Positions 21,238 through 30,233 of a stretch of 64,000 nt of DNA are shown piece by piece. How positions within the stretch are numbered: position 1 is the first letter of the stretch; each line of letters opens with the position of its first letter. Under the pieces are notes generated by a model. The model was not told the DNA's origin, did no database searches, and saw only the letters and a list, made by a program, of their open reading frames with translations. The position numbers were made by a program, and so were the translations under genes. This DNA is from an uncultured Desulfobacterales bacterium (GTDB lineage Bacteria; Desulfobacterota; Desulfobacteria; Desulfobacterales; QNYZ01): assembly GCA_964577615.1 (NCBI GenBank), contig CAZNZW010000004.1:11511-75510 (forward strand). Direction: 5' to 3'.

Positions 21238-22551
21238 TTACAGCCGCCCGGAATTTTTGATATTGAGATACCGGTTGACCAGGGCCGCGGGCAGACGGTC
21301 CGCAGTGACATCAAGCGTCTGAATACCGCGACGGTTAAGGTTGTTCTGCTGGGCCGTGCGCTGGTTGAGATAATCCTGAAGCGCCAGGTGGCGCAGCGCA
21401 CCGTCAATTTTTTCAATGGGATCGTCAAGGGTCTTGTCGAGAATCGACTCCCTCAGGTCGGCAACGATGACAAGATGCCGCCGGGCCAGAAGAGAAGCGC
21501 CCTGACGGACATCGTTCTGATCCTCGGCGCGGCTGTTGGTCAACAGAATCACCAGGGCCCGGCGCCGCTGGAGAGCCATGAGCCTGCCGGCGGCGGTGAC
21601 ATAATCGGCGGCCGCGGTCGTGGCGTGCAGGTCAAAGGTGTGGTCAAGGAGCTGCCGGATGGCGTCTTCCCTTTTCAGGGGCGGAATCCAGCGGTCATGT
21701 CCGCCAAAGGTAAAGACGCCGGCCGCATCTCCCTGACGGACGGCCACGTGGGCCAGGAGCAGCAGGGCATTGAGCGCCTGGTCAAAAAACGTCCGTCCGG
21801 TTTCGGCGTGGCGCATGCGCCGGCCACAGTCAAGCAGAAAGATAATCTGCTGATCCCGTTCTGTCTGAAATTCCCGGGAAATCAGGCGCCCCATGCGCGA
21901 CGTCGCCTTCCAGTCTATCCGGCTGAGAGGATCTCCCTGCCGAAAATCCCTGAGTTGATGAAATTCCCCGCCCCGCCCCTTGTACCGGATCGCCCGGATC
22001 CCCATCCGGTTGAGCTGGTGACTGAGCGCCAGGAGGATATAGCGGCTGATCTGGCGAAAATTGGGAAAAACCCGGACGGTTGCCTCACAGGGGAAAAAGT
22101 ATTTCCGGCGCCAGAGCCGTAGCGGACTGGTGACGGCCACATCAACGCCGGAAAAGACAAATGTCCCCCGGCGGGTCGGGTAAATCCGGTAGGTCAGTGT
22201 GGCCGACCGACCAGGCGGCAGCGTCAGGTCAACCGGCATGCGGCGGTAGTGAAAATCGTACGGGATGCAGTCACAGACAGACAGGCCCAACGCCGCGGCG
22301 CCCTGATTTTCCATCTGGATCGTCCCCCGGGTCCAGGCCGTTACCGCCAGGCTCGGACGAATCGTCCGGCTGACCTTCAGATGGGGTTGCCGGCATACAC
22401 GGCGCCCATCGATCAGGGCTGCACCGGCAAAGGCACCGACACAGACAAGCCACAGGGCCGGCAGCCAGGATGCCCAGGGCATCACCGGCACCAGTATGGC
22501 CAGGCCCGTGAGCAGGACCAGACAGATCAAAGACTGGCGGGTCGGCGTCAT
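21238..22551 (-). CDS. DUF58 (vWA-like) protein, MoxR partner
   Basis: Two N-terminal TM helices. GGEFHQLRDFRQGDPLSRIDWKATSRMGRLISREFQTERDQQIIFLLDCG is the DUF58 signature. Confidence 0.85.
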   Translation of the reverse strand: MTPTRQSLICLVLLTGLAILVPVMPWASWLPALWLVCVGAFAGAALIDGRRVCRQPHLKVSRTIRPSLAVTAWTRGTIQMENQGAAALGLSVCDCIPYDFHYRRMPVDLTLPPGRSATLTYRIYPTRRGTFVFSGVDVAVTSPLRLWRRKYFFPCEATVRVFPNFRQISRYILLALSHQLNRMGIRAIRYKGRGGEFHQLRDFRQGDPLSRIDWKATSRMGRLISREFQTERDQQIIFLLDCGRRMRHAETGRTFFDQALNALLLLAHVAVRQGDAAGVFTFGGHDRWIPPLKREDAIRQLLDHTFDLHATTAAADYVTAAGRLMALQRRRALVILLTNSRAEDQNDVRQGASLLARRHLVIVADLRESILDKTLDDPIEKIDGALRHLALQDYLNQRTAQQNNLNRRGIQTLDVTADRLPAALVNRYLNIKNSGRL

Positions 22552-23558
22552 GCGCGGGGGGCATCCACGGATTCAATCAGATCGGTTAATACCTGGTCCG
22601 GCGTGAACCCTTCGATGTACAGATCGGTGGAAAGGGTAATCCGGTGCCGCAGTACGGGGATGCTTACCGCTTTAACATCATCGGGGATTACATACCCCCG
22701 GCCGTCAAGCAATGCCATGGACCGGGCCGCCCGCAGCAGATTGATCGATCCCCTGGGGCCGGCGCCCCGCTCGATACCGTTCCATTTCCGCGTGGCCCGG
22801 ACCAGGCGGACCACGTAATCGATCAGGGCGTCGTCCACCGTGAGAGACGCGGTAATGACCTGGAGTGCGGTCATCTGTTCGGGCGTCAGCACCGGTGCGA
22901 TATTCTTGAGATCGAGCGTATCGCCAACGGCATTTTCAGTGACCGTCCGGACAATCCGCCCTTCGTCCGCGGCCCCGGGGTAGGCAATGTGTACCTTGAA
23001 GAGAAACCGGTCGGTCTGGGCCTGGGGCAAGGGATAGGTACCTTCCTGTTCCACGGGATTCTGGGTGGCCATGACGAGAAAGGGGTGGTCCAGGGCAAAA
23101 GACTGGCCATCGATGGTCACCTGCTGCTCCTGCATGGCTTCAAGCAGGGCCGCCTGGGTTTTGGCCGGTGCCCGGTTGATTTCATCGGCCAGCAGCAGGT
23201 TGCAGAATACCGGTCCCTTGCGGACCACAAACCGGTTTTCATTTTTGTCAAACATGGAATGCCCGCTGATATCCGCCGGCATCAGGTCCGGCGTGAACTG
23301 GATCCGGCCGAACCGGCCGCTGATCGCCGCGGCCGCCGCGCGTACCAGGAGCGTTTTGCCAAGCCCCGGCACCCCCTCAATGAGGACATGCCCGCCGGCC
23401 AGAAAAGCCGCGGTCACCTGGCGAACCACCGCCGCCTGCCCGATCACCACGTTCATCAGGGTTTTTTCCAGCTTCAGCGCCAGGTCTGCCGCGGCCTGGC
23501 GTCGTTTCTCATTTTTGTCATCCGTACGCATCTGTTCTTCCTTTTTGCTTGATTTCAA
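22548..23558 (-). CDS. MoxR-family AAA+ ATPase
   Basis: VIGQAAVVRQVTAAFLAGGHVLIEGVPGLGKTLL (Walker A), LLADEINRA (Walker B), VMATQNP. ATGA overlap with the DUF58 gene. Confidence 0.92.
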   Translation of the reverse strand: MKSSKKEEQMRTDDKNEKRRQAAADLALKLEKTLMNVVIGQAAVVRQVTAAFLAGGHVLIEGVPGLGKTLLVRAAAAAISGRFGRIQFTPDLMPADISGHSMFDKNENRFVVRKGPVFCNLLLADEINRAPAKTQAALLEAMQEQQVTIDGQSFALDHPFLVMATQNPVEQEGTYPLPQAQTDRFLFKVHIAYPGAADEGRIVRTVTENAVGDTLDLKNIAPVLTPEQMTALQVITASLTVDDALIDYVVRLVRATRKWNGIERGAGPRGSINLLRAARSMALLDGRGYVIPDDVKAVSIPVLRHRITLSTDLYIEGFTPDQVLTDLIESVDAPRA

Positions 23559-23641
23559 CTGTTTTCGCTTCGATCACCCTGTTCCGGTTTGTCGCCACGA
23601 GTTGGCCGGGCCGATCCGGCCCCCGGACGTTACATACTCTT

Positions 23642-24967
23642 TTACGGTTTTTGCCGCCGGGCCGACCCCGCCTGCCTTAACTGCTGCAGGGTCCGGGCGA
23701 CCCCGATCAGATCCTGTTCGCTCTTTACCGTTCCGAACAGACCGGCCTTGATTTCATCCCCGGTCAGTCCGCTCAACCGGCCCACTGTTTCCGGATCAAT
23801 CGCCGATATGCCCTTGCGTGGGGATCGCCGTGACCAATACTGCAGAACCGGTTCCCGGACCCGGGAAAGCAGCCCGGCCGCCTGGTCCAGATCCCAGTTA
23901 AACTGCCCCAGACCATCGATGTGGGCGAGGATATGCCGGCGGGTTTTATCCGGTGGATCCCGCGGCGGCCCGATCCGGTATTGATACCGCCAGATAAAAA
24001 AGAGGACCAGCCCGGCCAGGGAAAAGAGAAACCGGGGCATCCGGTGGATCAGCATTGTAAAAATACCATCCATGTTATTCGAATACAGCAGCCAGGTGTT
24101 GGGATTGTCTTTCACCAGCCAGGCCAGCAGCCAGGCCCGGCCGTTTCCGTCAATCCGGGAATTGCTGAAGATGCTGCTTGCCGCCAGAAAAGTCAGTTTA
24201 CCTTTACCGATCCGGTACTGGAGAAGATATGCGCCGTCCTGCCCGGGGACGCCGATGCGAAACAAAGGCGCCTTCTCTCCGGATTCCAGGTAGTAGCGAT
24301 TGGGGAAATCAATATCGACCTGCATCCCGTCGGTGGTAACGGTAACCGCGTCATGGGTATCCTTTTTTTTCACCGGTTTTTCTGCGGACGCATCTGTTGA
24401 CGCCGTGGATGATTTCGACGGGTGCTGGATATCCGGCGGTTTTGCTTTGGTTGGATCGGCCGGTGCGCCCGCCGGGGTGCCGGTGCCCGTTTCATCATCT
24501 CTCTTCGGTTTGGACGGGCAGCCACAGTCCGTGTCTGAATTTTGGTACCGGAGGCGCACGCCGACCGCCTGGGCAATGCCGCCCGCCGCCGTTCCGTCAT
24601 TATCCTTATCCGGGCTGACTTCTTTGGGTTGCAGGATCAGATGACCGCCCGCCGACATCCAGTCAAAGAGCGCATCCCGTTCGGTGGGTGACAGGGTGCC
24701 GGCCTGCCGGTAAATAACAATGGCGTCCCCCGCCGGCGGCAGTGTGATGAGCAGATCGCGGCCCCGATGACTTTCCGCGTGCCGGCCCAGCGACTGGAGA
24801 AAACGGGTCGCCGCCAGAAGCGGGTTCCGGTAGGCCGCCGGAGACATACCGGTATGGATCTCGACCGGCTTGCGTTCGTAGCTGCTGAGAAACCAGATCA
24901 CCGACACTCCCGCCGCCAGCGCGCCACAGAGAAAAATCAGAATGGTGCGTTTTTTATCCGGCCGCAT
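23642..24967 (-). CDS. DUF4350-like membrane-anchored protein
   Basis: The start is set at MRPDKKRTILIFL (ATG 24967); ORF-track start is 25009. LFDWMSAGGHLILQP-type segment, a low-complexity acidic/Pro linker and a C-terminal TM. The family call comes from pattern and context. Confidence 0.65.
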   Translation of the reverse strand: MRPDKKRTILIFLCGALAAGVSVIWFLSSYERKPVEIHTGMSPAAYRNPLLAATRFLQSLGRHAESHRGRDLLITLPPAGDAIVIYRQAGTLSPTERDALFDWMSAGGHLILQPKEVSPDKDNDGTAAGGIAQAVGVRLRYQNSDTDCGCPSKPKRDDETGTGTPAGAPADPTKAKPPDIQHPSKSSTASTDASAEKPVKKKDTHDAVTVTTDGMQVDIDFPNRYYLESGEKAPLFRIGVPGQDGAYLLQYRIGKGKLTFLAASSIFSNSRIDGNGRAWLLAWLVKDNPNTWLLYSNNMDGIFTMLIHRMPRFLFSLAGLVLFFIWRYQYRIGPPRDPPDKTRRHILAHIDGLGQFNWDLDQAAGLLSRVREPVLQYWSRRSPRKGISAIDPETVGRLSGLTGDEIKAGLFGTVKSEQDLIGVARTLQQLRQAGSARRQKP

Positions 24968-25763
24968 GGGCGTCCCCTTCCCCGTCATACATCTGGTCCC
25001 AGCGATCAATCAGGGTGTCGATCCGGTCCCGCCCCGGATGACGATGACCATACGCCGTATTCAGCCAGCAGGCGGTCAGATGGTTAAATAATTCGGTTTC
25101 ACCGGCCGGCCGGTGGCTGGCAACCAGCTGGCGGCATTCCATTTCCGTGGCAGCGGCCGGTACGGGCAGGCCATGGACATGGAGTATCCGGGACAATGTG
25201 GCGCGGTACAATAAAGCCAGTGCCTGGCGCGGCTTTCCGTCTGTCAGCAGCCGCCGGCAGCTGCCCGGAATATCATCGGGAAGGCTTTCCGGGGTCACCG
25301 CCAGACCGAAAAGAACCGGGGCCGGCTGCCCGCCCGCTGGCGGTTTCCCGGCCGCATTGGCAAGCCACTTTTGAATATGCGTATAACGATAAATCAGCCA
25401 GACACCGCCGCTGCCGGCCAGTATCCATAGCAGTCCTTCACAGACAGTGGCCAGCGGTCCGGTCCATTGTTTAAAAAAGGCAGCCATGGCATCCAGCGCC
25501 GACGACAACCCCTTGAGCAGACGGTTGAGCCAGGAATCCGTCTTTTTTTTCCGGATCCGTTCCCAGCGGTAAACGGTTTTTTTCTGTCCAAAATCATTCT
25601 GCATCAAGACCTTTTGAAGGGCCTGCCGGCATTGCCGCGGCGGGGGCGTCCCGGCCGCCCGGGCCGGCATCCCTGACCATCCGCACATCAGCGCCCCGAT
25701 GATGATACCGGCGATCAGATGGATGCGTCCATACCGGCGGGTTTCTGTTGATTCAACCGGCAT
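24954..25763 (-). CDS. DUF4129-like membrane protein
   Basis: C-terminal ALALLYRATLSRILHVHGLPVPAAATEMECRQLV...WLNTAYGHRHP pattern. The start is ambiguous (25763 or 25817). Confidence 0.62.
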   Translation of the reverse strand: MPVESTETRRYGRIHLIAGIIIGALMCGWSGMPARAAGTPPPRQCRQALQKVLMQNDFGQKKTVYRWERIRKKKTDSWLNRLLKGLSSALDAMAAFFKQWTGPLATVCEGLLWILAGSGGVWLIYRYTHIQKWLANAAGKPPAGGQPAPVLFGLAVTPESLPDDIPGSCRRLLTDGKPRQALALLYRATLSRILHVHGLPVPAAATEMECRQLVASHRPAGETELFNHLTACWLNTAYGHRHPGRDRIDTLIDRWDQMYDGEGDAHAAG

Positions 25764-26502
25764 GATCACCTCGATGGGCTGCGGCCCGGTCCGCCATTTT
25801 TTTAAATCCGATTTCAAGGTCCCAGGCTTCGAGGTCCACCCGCCGGGAAATATAGAGCATGAACCCCCCTGTCACGTAAAAAGGCGCAATAATCGACACG
25901 GCGGCCAGATAAGCGGCCACGTAAAACAGCGGGAACGCAAACGGCGAGTGATAGTCAACGGCCATGCGCATGCTTTCCGGAACGAGAAACAGGGCCAGCA
26001 GAATGATGGACAGGCAGATGACACCCTCAACAGCCAGACAGGCACCGGTCAGCCAGAGGCCGCCGGACTGCTTCTTACCCAGAACCCGGTGCCGTTGCCT
26101 GCGCGTTTCCCGGGTGCCCCCTTCGAGAAACCGCACGGGCATCAGAAAGGACCGTTCGGGCAGAAAGCGGTCCCGGGTAATCAGACGGAGCAGATGCGGC
26201 CCCAGAATCCAGCGCCATTTTCCAGCGACCGGACGGACGGGAAGCGTTTCACCGAATACCGCCCGGCTCAGCCAGTATAAAAGCAACGGTTCGTGGATCG
26301 GTTTGAGCCACCAGATGAGCACCACCGCCAGACGGGGATATTTCAAGGCGATCAGACATCCGATGAGCCCGGTTGGCAGGCCGGTTACCAGCCACAACCG
26401 CCAGAGCCGGCCAAACCATTTTACGGCGACCCGGCATCCCAGATCCATGGCTTCCCAGGCGGATCGGGGACGGATGACGAGGGTCACATGGTCAAGATCC
26501 AT
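25753..26502 (-). CDS. Polytopic membrane protein of unknown function
   Basis: Four or more hydrophobic helices. It overlaps both neighbouring genes by about 11 nt, which suggests operon membership. Confidence 0.6.
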   Translation of the reverse strand: MDLDHVTLVIRPRSAWEAMDLGCRVAVKWFGRLWRLWLVTGLPTGLIGCLIALKYPRLAVVLIWWLKPIHEPLLLYWLSRAVFGETLPVRPVAGKWRWILGPHLLRLITRDRFLPERSFLMPVRFLEGGTRETRRQRHRVLGKKQSGGLWLTGACLAVEGVICLSIILLALFLVPESMRMAVDYHSPFAFPLFYVAAYLAAVSIIAPFYVTGGFMLYISRRVDLEAWDLEIGFKKMADRAAAHRGDHAG

Positions 26503-27484
26503 GTTGTCTCCCGGCCAGAACGAAGTAAGCGCTTACCATCAGCCAGTTGAAAGCGGCCACAGCCAGGCGCACCCCCGGAGGAACGGCGGACGGTGACCAG
26601 AATGCCTCCACGAAGGCGGCAATGAGCAGCATAAAGGCCGCGCCCATGACGAGTTTCAGCGCCTGCGGGGCCATTGCCTTCAGCGCGCCGCGCCGCGTCT
26701 GAATACCGGGCATGATCAGCGCCCGGGCCAGGAGCAGTCCGGCGGTTCCGGAAATAACGATGGCCGTCAGCTCAAAAGCGCCATGTCCGGCCACAAAGGG
26801 CCAGAATACCCCGGCATAGGGCGCATGGGATAAATGCCCGGCCACCGCGCCCAGAAACAGGCCGTTGAACAGAAGGGACAGCAGGGTGCCCAGCCCCAGC
26901 AGCATGCCGCCGGCAAAGGTCCGGAATCCGATGGAAATATTATTGAGAATATAAAAACCGAACATGCGCACATTGGTCTCCGATGTCCGGTTCATGTCCC
27001 GGCCGGGCTTGCGGTTCTGGGGATCGTACATGTATTCGACCCGGCTGACCTGGCCCTCATCCATGATGCCGTAAATCATCACCGGATCATGATAGGTGAG
27101 ATATCCGGCCACGGCGGCCGGTACAGCAAAGATCAGCAGGGTCAGATAAAAAATCGCCCGGTGCCGCCGCAGGGTACGGGGGAAGTCCGATCCGATAAAG
27201 GCAATCGCCTTCTGCACCCATGCCCGGCGGGGTCGATATAACTGCCGGTGCCCCCTGAGTACAAACCGGTGCAGACGCGCCACCAGGGCCGGGCTGTACT
27301 GCCGGCTCCGGGCCAGCGCGTAGTGGTTGCAGATCGTTTTATACAGACCCGGAAAATCCGCCGGATTATCGGATTCGGCGTCATGATGACCGTCATTTCC
27401 GGCAGACGCTTCAAATCCGGCCAGCATCCGGTTGAATCGCTCCCACAGGGGCGAATATAATGTTTCAAACTGTTCCTGACGCAT
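26492..27484 (-). CDS. SpoIIM-like (DUF95) membrane protein
   Basis: FGFYILNNISIGFRTFAGGMLLGLGTLLSLLFNGLFLGAVAGH is typical of the stage II sporulation protein M-like family. Confidence 0.75.
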   Translation of the reverse strand: MRQEQFETLYSPLWERFNRMLAGFEASAGNDGHHDAESDNPADFPGLYKTICNHYALARSRQYSPALVARLHRFVLRGHRQLYRPRRAWVQKAIAFIGSDFPRTLRRHRAIFYLTLLIFAVPAAVAGYLTYHDPVMIYGIMDEGQVSRVEYMYDPQNRKPGRDMNRTSETNVRMFGFYILNNISIGFRTFAGGMLLGLGTLLSLLFNGLFLGAVAGHLSHAPYAGVFWPFVAGHGAFELTAIVISGTAGLLLARALIMPGIQTRRGALKAMAPQALKLVMGAAFMLLIAAFVEAFWSPSAVPPGVRLAVAAFNWLMVSAYFVLAGRQHGS

Positions 27485-27487
27485 TAT

Positions 27488-28189
27488 TTATCGGCTCCCG
27501 GAAAACCAGTTGGCAAAAGCGAGCAGGGTCTGCTCGGGCGCTTCACCGTCCATGGAAAGAAAAGAGAGCCGGCCGGCCAGTTCCCGCCGCCGCCCGGCGG
27601 ACAATGAACCGCTCCGCTCGGCAAAATCCATGATCAGGCGCTGCTCGGCAAGGGTAAACGGCCGGGGCGGCCGGCGGGCCGGATACGCCGGAATTTTCCG
27701 GCGGCCGTCTTCTGTGTCTGTGTACACCACTACGGTGCCGGCGGCCAGGTCGCCCAGGCGCTGAAATTTCCCGTTCATCACCATGGCCACCAGGCCGGTA
27801 CCATAAAACAGCGGAAAAAAATCGGCGGTCCGGAGCAGATTGCGCAGCAGCGCGGTGGACCAGTTCAGCGGGGTGCCGTCGGCCTGCATGACCTCCAGCC
27901 CCAATGCCATTTTACCTGGTGTGGCCCGTTTGTACATTTCGAAAAGCACCGGATAAAACCACTCCATCAGGAAGATGAAGATCATGACGGCCGCCGTTCC
28001 CACTCCGCCAAACAGCGTTGAAACCGAAACCATCAGAACGATGAAATAGGCCACGGCCCGGATGGCCATGTCGATGGCCCAGGCCATACCCCGGGCCACG
28101 GGGCCGGCCGGCCGTAAAACCAGGGGAATCCCCTCCGGGGTCTCGTAGTCAAAAAGGGTGTCCAGGCCGGATGAGGCGATGGCGTTCAC
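27488..28189 (-). CDS. RDD-family membrane protein
   Basis: LRPAGPVARGMAWAIDMAIRAVAYFIVL...TPGKMALGLEV RDD-domain pattern. The GTG start overlaps the upstream stop (GTGA). Confidence 0.75.
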   Translation of the reverse strand: MNAIASSGLDTLFDYETPEGIPLVLRPAGPVARGMAWAIDMAIRAVAYFIVLMVSVSTLFGGVGTAAVMIFIFLMEWFYPVLFEMYKRATPGKMALGLEVMQADGTPLNWSTALLRNLLRTADFFPLFYGTGLVAMVMNGKFQRLGDLAAGTVVVYTDTEDGRRKIPAYPARRPPRPFTLAEQRLIMDFAERSGSLSAGRRRELAGRLSFLSMDGEAPEQTLLAFANWFSGSR

Positions 28190-29433
28190 GAATAAAACAG
28201 ATCCCGGTAGCCGGTGTAGATCGACAGGCTGACCACCGATATAACCGGTACCATCACCACCATCATCACCAGAGGGAAGATAAACATGGCTGGCAGCGCG
28301 CCCTGTACGCTGAAAAAGAGCGGGACCAGAATGGCCATGGCAATGCCGGAGATGATGGTGATGCCCATGAAGAGGAGCATGAGCACCAGCCCGTAAACGG
28401 TAAACGGCCAGAAATTTTTCCAGCAGGCCGCAAAACTGAGTTTCATGGCCGGCCAGGCATCGTAACCGTTTATCGCAATCAGCGGGGTCGCAAACCAGGC
28501 CGCCATATAGAGCGGTATGGACACCCCCAGACTGACAAGAAATCCGACCACAAGCATTAATATATTTCCACTAGAAAAAGACTCGGGAGAAACCGCGCCC
28601 GTAAAGATCGACACCCCGAAAAAGAGAAAAAGAGGCGCCACGCAAACGAGTATTCCCAGGACCATCAGGAGGGCGAACAGCATCAACTGGTTTCGATTGA
28701 TGGCAAATCCGGCGAACAGATAATTGAGCTGAAAAATGTCACCGTCGTTATGCGCCTGGGCCCCCAGCATCAGCCCGCCGAAAAAAACCGGGAAAAGGAA
28801 GTATCCGATAAACGGGCCGATCAGTGGTACCAGATTGGTCAACAATCCCAGAAAATACATCAGGGCAATGGCCCCCATCCAGGCCCAGGGGCGTTCCTTC
28901 AGCATACTGTAGGCATCCATCAGCCATTGCCAGCCCTGACCGGCCCGGACTTTCCGGGGCGTACCGAAACGGGTTTTGTCTGCCTCTTCCGCGTCCAGAT
29001 CCGCCCGTGGTGCGGCATACGGGTTGGCCGATGACGCTCCGGCCGCGCCGATGTTTTCAGCAGATGGCGATACCAGGGGCGGTCCGGCCGGTTTGAGTGG
29101 TGTGTCGGACGATTTGGCCGGGGTATCGGGCGGCACCGGGGGCGGGCCAGCGGGACCGGCCGGGGCCTGACTGGCCATTTCGGCGGACGGCGCCGCCGGG
29201 GTTGGCACCAGTTCAACGACCAGGCCGGCCTGTTCCAAGTTGCGGCGGATGGTTTCCCCTGTTTTCCGGTCAACGTCTTTTTTCACGATCACCTGTTTTC
29301 CGGCGGACACCAGCTGATCGGCCTGATCCGCCGGCAGGCCAAACCGGGCCGTTAATTTTTTTGACGTGTCGCCCGGTTCACACCCTGTCCGCAGATGCCC
29401 CAGAAAGACAACCTGATAGGTAGTAGATTCCAT
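28186..29433 (-). CDS. Membrane protein: small soluble N-domain, Pro-rich linker, polytopic C-terminal domain
   Basis: The start is set at MESTTYQVVF (ATG 29433). Linker PAGPAGPPPVPPDTPAKSSDTPLKPAGPPLV, then about 6 TM beginning GQGWQWLMDAY. This is the first gene of the MoxR operon. Confidence 0.6.
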   Translation of the reverse strand: MESTTYQVVFLGHLRTGCEPGDTSKKLTARFGLPADQADQLVSAGKQVIVKKDVDRKTGETIRRNLEQAGLVVELVPTPAAPSAEMASQAPAGPAGPPPVPPDTPAKSSDTPLKPAGPPLVSPSAENIGAAGASSANPYAAPRADLDAEEADKTRFGTPRKVRAGQGWQWLMDAYSMLKERPWAWMGAIALMYFLGLLTNLVPLIGPFIGYFLFPVFFGGLMLGAQAHNDGDIFQLNYLFAGFAINRNQLMLFALLMVLGILVCVAPLFLFFGVSIFTGAVSPESFSSGNILMLVVGFLVSLGVSIPLYMAAWFATPLIAINGYDAWPAMKLSFAACWKNFWPFTVYGLVLMLLFMGITIISGIAMAILVPLFFSVQGALPAMFIFPLVMMVVMVPVISVVSLSIYTGYRDLFYS

Positions 29434-29566
29434 TTTTTCATCCTTTTTCAGATTCCGGTTGCTTTTTTCAGGTAAGTATTTCCGTTTCCGTGCCAGACCT
29501 TTATTAAAACGTTTCACTGGAAACAGTCAACAATCTATAATCGTAAAAGATACAACAGGCTCTGGT

Positions 29567-29977
29567 TCAGACGCCGGGTGAAGCTGATGGAGATGTCTCC
29601 GTGTCATTGGCAATTTCAATCAGATTGCCATCCGGATCCCTGAAGTAGAAAGAAAGGATGGAATGGCGGGCGCCCGCGCGCGCCACCGGCCCTTCGATGA
29701 TGGGTACTCCCATATTTTTAACATGCGCCATGGCTTTTTCGAGGGGCGTCTTCGTCATAAAGCATACGTCCTGCGCACCGGGCATCGGCACATTAGCCGC
29801 TGGATCAATTTCCCCGCCCTGCGGATGAAGGTTGATTTTCTGCCGGCCGAACACCAGGGAGATACGGCCCCTGGCATCGGTCCTTACGTTCATACCGAGA
29901 ACAATGCGGTAAAAACGAACGGTTTCTTCAATATTTTTAACCGTCAGGACGATATGGTCGATGTGGGAAATATCCAT
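29567..29977 (-). CDS. VOC-family (glyoxalase/bleomycin-resistance/dioxygenase fold) protein
   Basis: MDISHIDHIVLTVKNIEETVRFYRIVLGM ... FYFRDPDGNLIEI. Confidence 0.85.
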   Translation of the reverse strand: MDISHIDHIVLTVKNIEETVRFYRIVLGMNVRTDARGRISLVFGRQKINLHPQGGEIDPAANVPMPGAQDVCFMTKTPLEKAMAHVKNMGVPIIEGPVARAGARHSILSFYFRDPDGNLIEIANDTETSPSASPGV

Positions 29978-30138
29978 TGCGCCCCTTTTTCCTCGATAAC
30001 CGGTTTTCCGCAGTATTCCGGCCCGTGGGGATTTGACTGTTCAACCGGCAGGCGCCTGTTGGGTTCATTGATTCCCGCCGGGCAGAATGATACCAGACAG
30101 GCTCAGAAAATGTCCAGATGTACACCCATTTATTTTCA

Positions 30139-30167
30139 TTGACTCGCCATGTGACGCTGATTATACA
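30139..30167 (+). promoter_or_regulatory. Candidate sigma70-type promoter of pepA
   Basis: TTGACT (30139-30144), 17-nt spacer, TATACA (30162-30167), about 65 nt upstream of the ATG. Confidence 0.35.
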
Positions 30168-30233
30168 TTTTACCGGGTCATTTGATCTCAGAGCAAACGG
30201 TTCCGCATTTTACACATAAAAGGAGAAATTTTC

